DNA of 64,000 nt, taken from contig CAZNHL010000005.1 in assembly GCA_964572965.1 (NCBI GenBank), forward strand, positions 39,782-103,781, given 5' to 3'. The translations under genes and the position numbers were made by a program. The notes under the pieces are model-generated. The model had not been told where the DNA came from. It searched no databases and saw nothing but the letters and a program-made list of their open reading frames with translations. Source of the stretch: an uncultured Bifidobacteriaceae bacterium (GTDB lineage: Bacteria > Bacteroidota > Bacteroidia > Cytophagales > UBA9547). Shown here piece by piece: positions 25,081 through 34,730 of the stretch. Each line of letters opens with the position of its first letter. The stretch's first letter is position 1.

Positions 25081-27567
25081 ATGAGCAATAACTATAATAA
25101 TAATTTTAATACCTACTCTCTCAGTCAGTTAGCTGACGATGATAGCGAAGAAATGATTTCGTTGATTTCGTCTGAAGAAGATTTGAGCGGGCAGGAGACT
25201 CCGGAAATACTGCCAATTCTTCCTGTTAGAAATACGGTGCTTTTTCCGGGTGTCGTAATTCCTATCACAGTCGGGAGACAAAAATCGATTAAACTAGTTA
25301 AAAAAGCATACAGAGGAAATCGCATTATCGGTGTTGTTGCCCAGGCAAATCCTAAAAAAGATGAACCTTCATTTGATGATTTATACAAAGTAGGTACTGT
25401 TGCTAAGATATTGAAAATGATTGTACTGCCTGATGGAAATACAACCATTATTATTCAGGGAAGTAACCGTTTTCAGATCAGTGAAATGGTACAGGAAGAG
25501 CCTTTCATCACTGCAAAAGTTGAAGCCATAGCAGAAACTTTTCCTGAAAAACTGAGCAGGGAAAATAAAGCCTTGATTCAGTCGCTGAAAGAAACTGCGA
25601 CGAAAATCATGCGCCTGAATCCTGAAATTCCGAAAGAAGCACAGGTGGCTTTGGATAATATTGAAAGTCCCGTTTTTCTAACTCATTTCCTGTCTTCTAA
25701 TATCAATGCAGATGTGCTTGAAAAACAGATTTTGCTTGAAATAAATGACGGTATTGCACGTGCTACTCAATTGCTTGAGCACATGTTGCGGGAGCTTCAT
25801 TTCCTGGAAATAAAACAGGAAATTAATAGCAAAGTCCATCAGGATATTGATCAGCAGCAGCGTGATTTCTTTTTACGCCAGCAGATAAAAGTGCTTCAGG
25901 ATGAATTAGGTTATGAAGGCCCCGATCAGGAAGTAGAAACTTTGCGAGCAAAAGCAATTAAGAAAAAACTCCCTGAAAATGTAATGAAGCACCTGAACAG
26001 GGAGCTTGATAAAATATTGAGACTCAATCAGCAATCAGCTGAATATCCGCTGGCTGTCAATTATTGTGAGCTGATGGTAGATTTGCCATGGGGCGAAGTT
26101 ACTAAAGATAACTTTGACCTTGTAAGAGCGCAGAAAACACTTGACCATGACCATTATGGCATGGAAAAAATTAAGGAGCGTATCATAGAGTATTTGGCTG
26201 TTTTAAAGCTGAAAAATAATCTTAAAGCACCGATTCTTTGTCTATATGGCCCTCCGGGAGTGGGTAAAACATCTCTTGGGCGTTCTATAGCAAAGGCTTT
26301 GGGAAGGAAATATGTCAGAATGTCACTAGGTGGCTTGCATGATGAGTCTGAAGTGCGTGGGCACAGAAAAACTTATATTGGAGCCATGCCCGGAAAAATT
26401 ATTCAGGGTATCCGAAAATCTGAGTCTTCCAATCCGGTATTTATTTTAGATGAAATAGATAAAGTAGGGACAGATTTCAGGGGAGATCCATCTTCAGCTT
26501 TGCTGGAAGTGCTTGATCCGGAACAGAACTCTACCTTTGCTGATAATTACCTTGAAGTAGAGTATGATTTGTCTAAAGTTCTGTTCATCGCAACTGCCAA
26601 TTCACTGGATACTATTCAGCCTGCTTTGCGGGATAGGATGGAAATTCTGGAGCTGACGGGTTATACTCTGCAGGAGAAAGTTGAAATTGCTAAAAAACAT
26701 TTAATACCAAGACAGAAAAAAGACCATGGTATCGGACCCAAGTCTATGACTTTTACTGATGATGCTTTGGTTAAAATCATAGAAGGTTATACTTCAGAGT
26801 CAGGCGTCCGTAGTCTTGAACGTCAGATTGGTACTGTTGTCAGAAAAATAGCAAAGTCTATTGCAATGGAGCAGCCATATAAAAAGAATGTCAATGCCGC
26901 TGAGGTAGTTAAATTACTGGGAGCTGAATATTTTGACAGAGATTTATATGAGCATAATGATTTTGCCGGTGTGGCCGTGGGTCTTGCATGGACTTCAGTA
27001 GGTGGTGATATCTTATTTATAGAAACAAGTTTGAATAAAGGTAAAGGCCATGTGACTTTATCGGGTCAACTGGGAGATGTAATGAAAGAATCTGCCACTG
27101 CAGCTTTATCTTACTTAAAGGCACATGCAGAAAAGTATGGTATTGATTACAGGCTTTTTGATCATTTTGATTTACATATTCACTTTCCGGCAGGAGCAGT
27201 CCCTAAAGATGGCCCATCTGCAGGTATTACGGTAGCAACGGCTTTAGCTTCTGTTTTTACACAAAGAAAAGTAAAAGAGAAACTGGCAATGACAGGTGAA
27301 ATTACTTTGCGCGGAACAGTATTGCCTGTTGGCGGTATCAAAGAGAAAATTCTTGCTGCAAAAAGAGCCGGTATTGCTGAGATTATCATGTGCAGCAAAA
27401 ACAAAAGAGATATAGATGAAATTCCGAAGCATTATGTCAGTGATTTGAAATTCCACTATGTTGATACCGTTGATCAGGTGTTAGCAATTGCTCTTTTACC
27501 GGAAAAAGTAAATAAACCGATAGATTTAACAATCCCGGAAAATAAAGCGAACGAATCTTACGTTTAA
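25081..27567 (+). CDS. lon: ATP-dependent Lon protease (endopeptidase La)
   Basis: 828 aa. LON N-domain; Walker A GPPGVGKTS; catalytic Ser in PKDGPSAGIT; Lys in KEKILAAKRAGI. Confidence 0.95.
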   Translation: MSNNYNNNFNTYSLSQLADDDSEEMISLISSEEDLSGQETPEILPILPVRNTVLFPGVVIPITVGRQKSIKLVKKAYRGNRIIGVVAQANPKKDEPSFDDLYKVGTVAKILKMIVLPDGNTTIIIQGSNRFQISEMVQEEPFITAKVEAIAETFPEKLSRENKALIQSLKETATKIMRLNPEIPKEAQVALDNIESPVFLTHFLSSNINADVLEKQILLEINDGIARATQLLEHMLRELHFLEIKQEINSKVHQDIDQQQRDFFLRQQIKVLQDELGYEGPDQEVETLRAKAIKKKLPENVMKHLNRELDKILRLNQQSAEYPLAVNYCELMVDLPWGEVTKDNFDLVRAQKTLDHDHYGMEKIKERIIEYLAVLKLKNNLKAPILCLYGPPGVGKTSLGRSIAKALGRKYVRMSLGGLHDESEVRGHRKTYIGAMPGKIIQGIRKSESSNPVFILDEIDKVGTDFRGDPSSALLEVLDPEQNSTFADNYLEVEYDLSKVLFIATANSLDTIQPALRDRMEILELTGYTLQEKVEIAKKHLIPRQKKDHGIGPKSMTFTDDALVKIIEGYTSESGVRSLERQIGTVVRKIAKSIAMEQPYKKNVNAAEVVKLLGAEYFDRDLYEHNDFAGVAVGLAWTSVGGDILFIETSLNKGKGHVTLSGQLGDVMKESATAALSYLKAHAEKYGIDYRLFDHFDLHIHFPAGAVPKDGPSAGITVATALASVFTQRKVKEKLAMTGEITLRGTVLPVGGIKEKILAAKRAGIAEIIMCSKNKRDIDEIPKHYVSDLKFHYVDTVDQVLAIALLPEKVNKPIDLTIPENKANESYV

Positions 27568-27593
27568 AAATTCGGATAAATTACCGTAATTTG

Positions 27594-27627
27594 AAACGGC
27601 TGAAATTATTTTCAGCCGTTGTTTTTT
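27594..27627 (+). terminator. Rho-independent terminator of lon
   Basis: Stem aaacggctgaaa/tttcagccgtt followed by gtttttt. Confidence 0.7.
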
Positions 27628-27628
27628 G

Positions 27629-28684
27629 ATGAAAAAGCTATTCACTCTATTTCTTGTAGTATTTTATACTATTCAAGGCTATTCTCAAACAGGAGGATTA
27701 GGCAGCTTTGCGTTTGTTGGTTTGCCGGTAAACGGACGTGTAGCAGCTTTAGGAGGTATTCAGGTTTCTCCTTCTGAGGCAGACCCCAATCATATTTTCT
27801 ACAATCCGGGCGCGCTCTCTGCAAAATCGGATAAAATGTTGTCAGTAAACTATACACCTTATCTTGGAGGTACAAATGCTACTAATCTGGCTTATACCCA
27901 CAATTCTTCAAAATTAGGGGTAGTTGGTTTGGGTATGCAATACATGTCATATGGCTCTATTACAGAAACTGATGAAGCCGGCAACGAAATAGGTCAGTTC
28001 AGGGCTAATGAATATGCATTTTCTGTAGCACATAGTCAGACCGTAGGTCCCTTTTCATTGGGGGCAAACCTGCGTTTTGCAGGTTCTCAGCTCGGAAGCT
28101 ACTCTGCTTTTGCGGTAATGGCAGATATGGGTGGTGTTTACAGGCACCCTCAACATGATTTTGTGATTGGAATGGTGATCAGGAATGTGGGCTGGGTTAT
28201 GAAAAATTATACAGCCGGCAGCCAGTCTTATCTTCCTTTAAATGTGCATGTAGGAGCAAGTTACAAACCGGAACATATGCCTGTCAGGCTTTCTTTAACA
28301 GCCATCAATTTAACAAATTACGACACACCTGAAAATGCTTATTTACAGGTGTCAAATGCTTCACAGCAAAAGCAATTGAGTGTGGCAGATAAGATAGCCC
28401 GTCATGCAATTATTGGTGCAGAAATAATTTTCTCGAAAAACTTCCAGGGAAGAGTAGCTTATAATTTCCAGAGGAGACAAATGAAGCTTGAAGAAAAAGG
28501 TGGAGCAGCAGGTCTGAATTTAGGCGTAATGGCTCGTATTAAAGCATTTTGTTTTGAATATGCATATTCGGTATATGCTGTTTCCGGCGGTAATATCAGT
28601 ACGCTTACCTTAACAATGGATACTGCAAAACTTTTCAGAAAAAAGGTTCAGGCTACAAGCACCCCTGCTGAATCTGACCAATAA
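27629..28684 (+). CDS. Outer-membrane beta-barrel protein, PorQ-like (T9SS) candidate
   Basis: Signal peptide MKKLFTLFLVVFYTIQGYSQ. N-terminal GGLGSFAFVGLPVNGRVAALGG..NPGAL resembles the PorQ family as I recall it. Barrel-like alternation throughout. Confidence 0.5.
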   Translation: MKKLFTLFLVVFYTIQGYSQTGGLGSFAFVGLPVNGRVAALGGIQVSPSEADPNHIFYNPGALSAKSDKMLSVNYTPYLGGTNATNLAYTHNSSKLGVVGLGMQYMSYGSITETDEAGNEIGQFRANEYAFSVAHSQTVGPFSLGANLRFAGSQLGSYSAFAVMADMGGVYRHPQHDFVIGMVIRNVGWVMKNYTAGSQSYLPLNVHVGASYKPEHMPVRLSLTAINLTNYDTPENAYLQVSNASQQKQLSVADKIARHAIIGAEIIFSKNFQGRVAYNFQRRQMKLEEKGGAAGLNLGVMARIKAFCFEYAYSVYAVSGGNISTLTLTMDTAKLFRKKVQATSTPAESDQ

Positions 28685-28699
28685 ATAAAATAACATATC

Positions 28700-30055
28700 A
28701 TGATTCAGAAGTATTTGACAACAAGAGAGATTGTTGCTGAGCTGGATAAATACATCATCGGGCAAAAGGAAGCTAAGAGAATTGTCTCTATTGCATTAAG
28801 GAACAGATGGAGAAGGCTGGCAGCACCTTTGGATATGCAAAAGGAAATTGTTCCAAGCAATATATTAATGATAGGTGCTACCGGTGTTGGTAAAACAGAA
28901 ATTGCCCGCCGTCTGGCTAAAATAGCTGATGCCCCTTTTATAAAAGTAGAAGCTTCTAAATTTACAGAAGTTGGTTATGTAGGAAGGGATGTTGAGAGCA
29001 TGGTACGCGACCTTGTAGAGCAAGCAGTGAAAATGGTACGCTCTCAGAAAAAAGAAGAGGTTCAGCTGAAGGCTTCTGCAGTTGTTGAAGATATTATTCT
29101 TGATATTGTTATTCCTCCAATGAAAAAGCATGAAGGTAATGCTGACGATGTGGAGTTGAATGACAAAACCAGGGATAAGTTTCGTGAGAAGTTGAAGAAC
29201 GGAGAATTGGATGAACGCAAGATAGAAATCAATGTTCAGCAGAATAATAATCCAGGAGTTGGTGTTATAGGAGGCGGTCCTGGTATGATGGACGAAGCAG
29301 CTCTTGATGGCCTGAAAGATATGCTTAGCGGCATGATGCCTAAGAAGACCCATAAGCGTAAAGTGACGATCAAAGAGGCCCGGAAAATGTTGCTTGATGA
29401 AGAAGCGGCAAAGCTTATTGATATGGATGAGGTTAAAGATGAGGCCATCCGGAAAACAGAAAACTCCGGAATCATCTTTATCGATGAAATAGATAAAATA
29501 GCTAAAAGCGGGGGCAGTTCCGGCCCGGACGTAAGCAGAGAAGGGGTGCAGAGGGATCTTTTGCCAATCATAGAAGGAAGTGCAGTAAGTACTAAATATG
29601 GTATCATTAATACAGATCATATATTATTCATTGCTGCCGGAGCTTTCCATGTTTCAAAACCGTCTGATTTAATCCCTGAATTACAGGGACGCTTACCTAT
29701 CAGAGTTGAGCTGGAAAAACTGACAAAAGATGATTTTGTACAGATATTGAAATCTCCCAAAAATGCTTTGACAAAGCAGTACGAGGCTTTACTGAAAGCA
29801 GAAGAAGTGGAGTTGTCATTCAATGAAGATGCTATTGACAAGATCGCAGAGATTGCGTTTGATGCCAATAGTGAAATGGAAAATATCGGTGCTCGCCGTT
29901 TGCATACTGTAATGAGCCATTTATTGAGTGAGTTTTTGTTTGATGTACCCGATATTATCGGACCCAATGCTCACATTGTCATTACAAGTGAGATTGTGAA
30001 TGAAAGATTATCCGGTATTGTTAAGAATAAAGACCTGAGCAGATACATATTGTAG
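28700..30055 (+). CDS. hslU: ATP-dependent protease ATPase subunit HslU
   Basis: 451 aa. Walker [17 protein letters not shown]; charged I-domain insertion; Walker [10 protein letters not shown]; GARRLHTVM. Confidence 0.95.
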   Translation: MIQKYLTTREIVAELDKYIIGQKEAKRIVSIALRNRWRRLAAPLDMQKEIVPSNILMIGATGVGKTEIARRLAKIADAPFIKVEASKFTEVGYVGRDVESMVRDLVEQAVKMVRSQKKEEVQLKASAVVEDIILDIVIPPMKKHEGNADDVELNDKTRDKFREKLKNGELDERKIEINVQQNNNPGVGVIGGGPGMMDEAALDGLKDMLSGMMPKKTHKRKVTIKEARKMLLDEEAAKLIDMDEVKDEAIRKTENSGIIFIDEIDKIAKSGGSSGPDVSREGVQRDLLPIIEGSAVSTKYGIINTDHILFIAAGAFHVSKPSDLIPELQGRLPIRVELEKLTKDDFVQILKSPKNALTKQYEALLKAEEVELSFNEDAIDKIAEIAFDANSEMENIGARRLHTVMSHLLSEFLFDVPDIIGPNAHIVITSEIVNERLSGIVKNKDLSRYIL

Positions 30056-30247
30056 GGCAGTTATAACAATCATTTGTGCTTGGAATAATATTTCTACACA
30101 ATGCAATATTCATTATAAAAATTGTTTTACTTTTAGTTTCTGTTTTTGAAGAGTAGAAATAATTGGGAACTTATAATTTATATAATCTCTTTTAAATGAG
30201 GATTGTAATAGAATAAAGACTATTTTCCGCCTAATAATCAATTAATA

Positions 30248-31198
30248 ATGAAAAAGATATTTGTTGCTTCTTTATTCCTGTGTGCATTCAATGGTGCTAT
30301 TGCACAAATGAATGGAGGACAGTCGACTTTTGGTGCAAATGACGCTAAGGCACCGGAAGAAGCTCCTAAAGGTATCGAACGCGAAGGTGTGGGGTCTGGA
30401 AATGAAGGGACTGAAGTGCTAAAAGCACTGGCTGCTCAAAATGCAGGTGCACCTAAGATAGATGATAAATCAGGTCAGGTGATTGTGAGAAAACCAACTA
30501 AAGCAGTAAGTCCTGAAAATTACAGAGTAGCTTTGGTAATCGGTAATAGTAATTATAAATATGATATCGTTAAAACAGCTGTTAACGATGTACCGATGAT
30601 TTCTCAATCATTGCTGAATGCCGGTTTTGAAGTAATAGAAATTATCAATGCTCCTAAAGATGTTTTTTTTAAGCAAGTAGCGGAGTTTGTAGAGAAATCG
30701 AAGACTGCCGCATATTCTGTATTCTATTTCGGAGGTCATGCGGTAAACTATAATTCTGAAAACTATTTAATCCCTTTAAATTCTGAGCCGACTGCTGCTA
30801 CAGATTTGCCTTCAAGCGGTTATAATGTTAGCTTGTTGCTTAAAGGACTAAAAGCTGATAAAAGTGATAAAAAACAAGGAAGGCAATCCTTGGTATTACT
30901 TGATGCGTCAAGATACAATCAGTTTTATTACACAATGGGAATTAAAAGACAAAAAGCTTTAGCGCCGGTTACTGCTCCTGAAGGTGTTTTGGTATTAGCA
31001 GCTTCTTCTGATGGTAATAATGCTGAAACAGCAAATAAAACAAGTTTGTTCGCTTATGTATTGTCAGTAGAGCTGACAGAATCGAAGTCAATTGCAGATG
31101 TAACAAAAGCAACCAAAAGTCAGGTTGAAAGTTTGTCTGGTGGTATGCAAAAGCCCTGGATTAACGGTAAAGCACAAAAAACTAATTTATTGAATTAA
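30248..31198 (+). CDS. Secreted caspase-fold (peptidase C14-like) protein lacking the catalytic Cys (copy 1; DASR)
   Basis: 316 aa. Signal MKKIFVASLFLCAFNGAIAQ; YRVALVIGNSNY; FYFGGHA (His kept). LLDASRYN sits where C14 enzymes have DACR. QKPW. There is no Cys in the mature protein. Confidence 0.7.
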   Translation: MKKIFVASLFLCAFNGAIAQMNGGQSTFGANDAKAPEEAPKGIEREGVGSGNEGTEVLKALAAQNAGAPKIDDKSGQVIVRKPTKAVSPENYRVALVIGNSNYKYDIVKTAVNDVPMISQSLLNAGFEVIEIINAPKDVFFKQVAEFVEKSKTAAYSVFYFGGHAVNYNSENYLIPLNSEPTAATDLPSSGYNVSLLLKGLKADKSDKKQGRQSLVLLDASRYNQFYYTMGIKRQKALAPVTAPEGVLVLAASSDGNNAETANKTSLFAYVLSVELTESKSIADVTKATKSQVESLSGGMQKPWINGKAQKTNLLN

Positions 31199-31205
31199 TT
31201 CTGTT

Positions 31206-31257
31206 CGGTATTAAAACAAAAAAGCTGTCGGAAGGCAGCTTTTTTGTTTTAATACCG
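31206..31257. terminator. 22-bp perfect hairpin terminator
   Basis: cggtattaaaacaaaaaagctg / cagcttttttgttttaataccg with an 8-nt loop. Confidence 0.8.
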
Positions 31258-31363
31258 GATGTGAAATTTAAAAATTCCAATATAAATTGTGCTATTTTTG
31301 GTTTTATTAATAGAGAAGAGCTAATTTTAACTTGGAAACAGGCATCTTATTTAAACAAATAAC

Positions 31364-32326
31364 ATGAAGAAAATACTTATAACCCTTTTTACAATTTGCT
31401 TAGTTAATAGTGCTTTCGCTCAAATGGGTGGAACAGGCCAGGGGACTTTCGGCAGTGATAAAGAACCTGCGAAAGAAGAGAAACCAAAACCTGTAGAAGA
31501 AGTAACCGGTGCAGGAACAAGTGGTACAGCTGGTTCAGAAGCGCTAAAAGCTTTGGCAGCTAAGAAAAATGACAACAATGTCGTTTCGTCTTTCAAGGAT
31601 GGGGAAGTAATTGTAAGAACTCCTGAAAAGTCTCCTGTTGCAGAAGAGTATAGAGTTGCATTATTGATTGGGAATGCGAATTACGAAAGTGATAAAGTAG
31701 CTACTGCTGTAAAAGATATTCCTGCATTGTCAACTTCTTTGTTGAACTCAGGATATGAAGTGATTGAAATCAGAAATGCTCCTAAAGATGTTTTGCTTAA
31801 AGAAATCGATGCTTTCATAGTAAAGTCTAAAAAAGCAAAGGTGTCTGTATTATATTTTGGAGGGCATACTGTTACTTATAATAAAGAGAGTTACCTGATT
31901 CCACTTGGAGTTGAGCCTGCCAGTGTAGCAGACTTAGTAAAAAATACTTATAGTTTGACTAAAATCCTTAACTCAATTAAAGCTGATAAGACAGATGAAA
32001 AGCAAGGAAGGGAATCGTTGGTAGTTCTTGATGTTGCAAGATATAACCACTTCTATTATGCTCTTCAGCAAAAAAGCACAAAAGCTTTTGCTCCTGTTAG
32101 CGCTCCGGAAGGCGTAGTTGTAATGTCAGCTTCTTCTGATGGTACAAATGCCCTTACAAGTACAGATGAGAGTTTGTTCGGTTATGTATTGGCAAAGCAG
32201 ATTCAGCCTGCAAAAGCAATTGCTGACGTTACTAAATCTACAAAGAGTGAGGTTGAACGTTTAAGTGAAGGCACACAAAAACCATGGGTTGCAGGTAAAC
32301 CATCTAAAACACCAATAGGCAAGTAA
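31364..32326 (+). CDS. Secreted caspase-fold protein lacking the catalytic Cys (copy 2; DVAR)
   Basis: 320 aa. Signal MKKILITLFTICLVNSAFAQ; YRVALLIGNANY; LYFGGHT; VLDVARYN; QKPW. No Cys in the mature protein. A TATTTTTG box lies at 31293-31300. Confidence 0.7.
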   Translation: MKKILITLFTICLVNSAFAQMGGTGQGTFGSDKEPAKEEKPKPVEEVTGAGTSGTAGSEALKALAAKKNDNNVVSSFKDGEVIVRTPEKSPVAEEYRVALLIGNANYESDKVATAVKDIPALSTSLLNSGYEVIEIRNAPKDVLLKEIDAFIVKSKKAKVSVLYFGGHTVTYNKESYLIPLGVEPASVADLVKNTYSLTKILNSIKADKTDEKQGRESLVVLDVARYNHFYYALQQKSTKAFAPVSAPEGVVVMSASSDGTNALTSTDESLFGYVLAKQIQPAKAIADVTKSTKSEVERLSEGTQKPWVAGKPSKTPIGK

Positions 32327-32349
32327 TAACTTCAAAATTGAATCTATAC

Positions 32350-32378
32350 AAAAAAGCTGTCTTCGGACAGCTTTTTTT
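32350..32378 (+). terminator. Rho-independent terminator
   Basis: aaaaaagctgtc-ttcg-gacagctttttt. The stem is related to the one at 31206-31257. Confidence 0.8.
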
Positions 32379-32491
32379 ATTTTGAGACTATACTGGAAGA
32401 TAGCTGTACAGTTTTTGAATTATGTTTGGTTTTTTGGTAGGATTAAAGTTAATTTTATAATGGTAAAACCATATTTTATTTAACTTTAGGA

Positions 32492-33445
32492 ATGAAAAAA
32501 ATAGTATTAATCCTAATCTCGCTGTATTGCTGTACCCAGGCATTTGCTCAAATGGGAGGTGCACAATATTCTTTCGGAGCAAACGGGCCGGTACAAGGTG
32601 AGGTTAAACTTAAAAATTATGCACGGGGTCATCTTGTTGATGATAATAAATCTGGTGTGGAAGCGCTAAAGGCGCTTGGCTTAATTGATACAATTCAGTC
32701 TGCTTTTATTGATAATGAAGTAACTGTAAAGAAAATCAACAGTCCGAATGCAGCAGATACAACATATAAAGTGGCATTATTGATTGGTAACAGCTCTTAT
32801 GCTACCGATAAAGTACCTACTCCTGTAAATGATGTGCCGGAATTGTCATTGTCATTGTTGAATGCCGGTTTTGAGGTTATTGAAATTCGTAATTGCTCTA
32901 AAGAAGTATTTATGAGAGAAATTGCAAAATTTGTGACAAAGTCTAAAAGGGCTAAATACTCTGTATTCTATTTTGGAGGACACGCCATCAATTATAATGG
33001 AGATAACTACATGGCTCCGGTAGGTGTTGAGCCTGCTAATGTAACAGAATTGAACTCTGTTACTTATAACTTAACAAACTTAATCAAGCAAATTAAGCGT
33101 AATAAGGATGATAGCCGTCCTGATCGTGAAGCTTTGGTTGTGTTAGATGCATCGCGTTACAACCATTTTTACTTTGCGTTGAACATCCCAAGGCAAAAAT
33201 CAGCAGCGTCCGTAAGCGTATCGGAAGGAGTGAGTGTTCTTGCTGCTTCTTCAAATGGATATAATGCGAAAACAGATTATAATGAAACAAGCTTGTTTGG
33301 TTATATTTTGTCAAGAGAATTGTTGAGATCTCAATCTATTGCTGAAGTTTGCCAGTATACACAGTCAGAAGTTGAAAGGCTGACAGAGAAATTTCAAAAG
33401 CCTTGGATAAAAGGTAAGGCACAGCCGACAAAGCTTTTAAAGTAA
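32492..33445 (+). CDS. Secreted caspase-fold protein lacking the catalytic Cys (copy 3; DASR)
   Basis: 317 aa. Signal MKKIVLILISLYCCTQAFAQ; YKVALLIGNSSY; FYFGGHA; VLDASRYN; QKPW. The two mature Cys (IRNCSK, AEVCQY) are not at the nucleophile position. Confidence 0.7.
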   Translation: MKKIVLILISLYCCTQAFAQMGGAQYSFGANGPVQGEVKLKNYARGHLVDDNKSGVEALKALGLIDTIQSAFIDNEVTVKKINSPNAADTTYKVALLIGNSSYATDKVPTPVNDVPELSLSLLNAGFEVIEIRNCSKEVFMREIAKFVTKSKRAKYSVFYFGGHAINYNGDNYMAPVGVEPANVTELNSVTYNLTNLIKQIKRNKDDSRPDREALVVLDASRYNHFYFALNIPRQKSAASVSVSEGVSVLAASSNGYNAKTDYNETSLFGYILSRELLRSQSIAEVCQYTQSEVERLTEKFQKPWIKGKAQPTKLLK

Positions 33446-33461
33446 ATATTTTTCGAGGATA

Positions 33462-33504
33462 AATAACAAAGGCCATCTCATAAGAGATGGCCTTTGTTAT
33501 TTTG
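33462..33504. terminator. Bidirectional 18-bp hairpin terminator
   Basis: aataacaaaggccatctc / gagatggcctttgttatt with loop ataa, between convergent genes. Confidence 0.8.
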
Positions 33505-33523
33505 GCACAGGTTTTATTTTCGT

Positions 33524-34582
33524 TTAAAGACCTGCAAATTTAAATGCCAGGCTTTGTATAAACTGTCCCGAGGTTTCTCCTGAATAGGTGGCATTGTTGG
33601 CGAGGTTCAGCTTTTTAATAGCAGCTTTTTCGCTGAAGTCGATTTTTTTGAGATCTACCCAAAATGTATTGGGTGTCATAACGGTTTCGAAATAATAGAT
33701 AAGATTTTTATGGTCAGCCACTGATCTCCACCGTGTAGAAGAAATATTGGGCTCTTCTTTCGAGGAGATTCCGAAAGGGACTGAACAGTTACGGATAACA
33801 CTGAAAACACTTGCAATAGCTACTCTGGTGTTGTCAGTTTGTGGAATAGCTTTACTATAGTAAGACGCTCTGACAAAACGGTCGGCAGCACGGTTGGTGC
33901 CAGGTAGCATAATAGTGCCCGGGATACCTGTCCAATATTGGTTAATGGCTAATTGTTGGTCGAAAACAGGAGAGTTAGTCATTACAGTGTAATCTTTACT
34001 ATGATGTATCACCAGCTTACCTCCGATGTATTCAAAAATAGCATTGTCGCCCGATGCATCCGAAATTGATAAATGAACTGTTGATAGTCTGTCAGTTCCG
34101 GGTATTTTATCTGTTATTACAACAAATTCTTCTTTTTGTAATGTTTGTACTGCTTCTGTAACTGTAGCAAAGTTATCCAGTACATATTGTGCCCATGCCG
34201 CTATAGTAAGGCCTTTTTTTGTACCATCTTGTTTAAATTCAGGATACGATGATTCTGCCAGCCAGAGTATATTAGTTACCAGCCCTTTTTCATTCATGCC
34301 GTCAGCGGTGGCAATATCCCATGCAGTAGCAACTAAGCTGCCATATTTTGATTTCCATTTGATGGAGTTTGGGCCTACTTCTCCCTGACGTTCAATACCT
34401 CTGGGAAATACCCATAGATTAGCAGCTATTTCGTCTTTCCAGTCCATAGACCGTGCTGTGATAACTGTGTTGTTTGGTCCTTGGTAGACTACACGAGTGC
34501 AGGCCTGTGAATTTTCTGTTTTGCCGGTAATGAGAAAGCCCGCAATAAGGGCAATGAATAAAAGTTTTACTGGTTTTTTCAT
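33524..34582 (-). CDS. Ntn-hydrolase, choloylglycine hydrolase / linear amide C-N hydrolase family
   Basis: 352 aa. Signal peptide, then a nucleophile Cys at the predicted mature N-terminus (SQA-CTRVVYQG). Confidence 0.75.
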   Translation of the reverse strand: MKKPVKLLFIALIAGFLITGKTENSQACTRVVYQGPNNTVITARSMDWKDEIAANLWVFPRGIERQGEVGPNSIKWKSKYGSLVATAWDIATADGMNEKGLVTNILWLAESSYPEFKQDGTKKGLTIAAWAQYVLDNFATVTEAVQTLQKEEFVVITDKIPGTDRLSTVHLSISDASGDNAIFEYIGGKLVIHHSKDYTVMTNSPVFDQQLAINQYWTGIPGTIMLPGTNRAADRFVRASYYSKAIPQTDNTRVAIASVFSVIRNCSVPFGISSKEEPNISSTRWRSVADHKNLIYYFETVMTPNTFWVDLKKIDFSEKAAIKKLNLANNATYSGETSGQFIQSLAFKFAGL

Positions 34583-34730
34583 AAAAGTAATAGCTTATAA
34601 ATGAGGGTACTAATTCTAATATATTAGTTTTTTGTCTTTTAACGAAATACAGGATGAAAAGTAATTAAGAAACTTTCAAGTATAGTGGTAGAATCGGTAG
34701 TATTACAGAATGGTCTGGGTTTTCTGTCAG

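Noticed and set aside
28865-29620. 251-aa ORF antisense to hslU (plus 29236-29607 and 29617-29967).
   Set aside because: It lies entirely inside a clear HslU coding region. The product is Phe/Leu/Ile-rich with low complexity, as expected when a Lys/Glu-rich gene is read on the opposite strand. There is no independent signal.
30248-33445. The idea that the caspase-like triplet is an intracellular anti-phage (CHAT or caspase effector) defence module.
   Set aside because: All three carry cleavable Sec signal peptides and lack the nucleophile Cys. No sensor, ATPase, nuclease or other defence-type partner is adjacent. An envelope role is more consistent.
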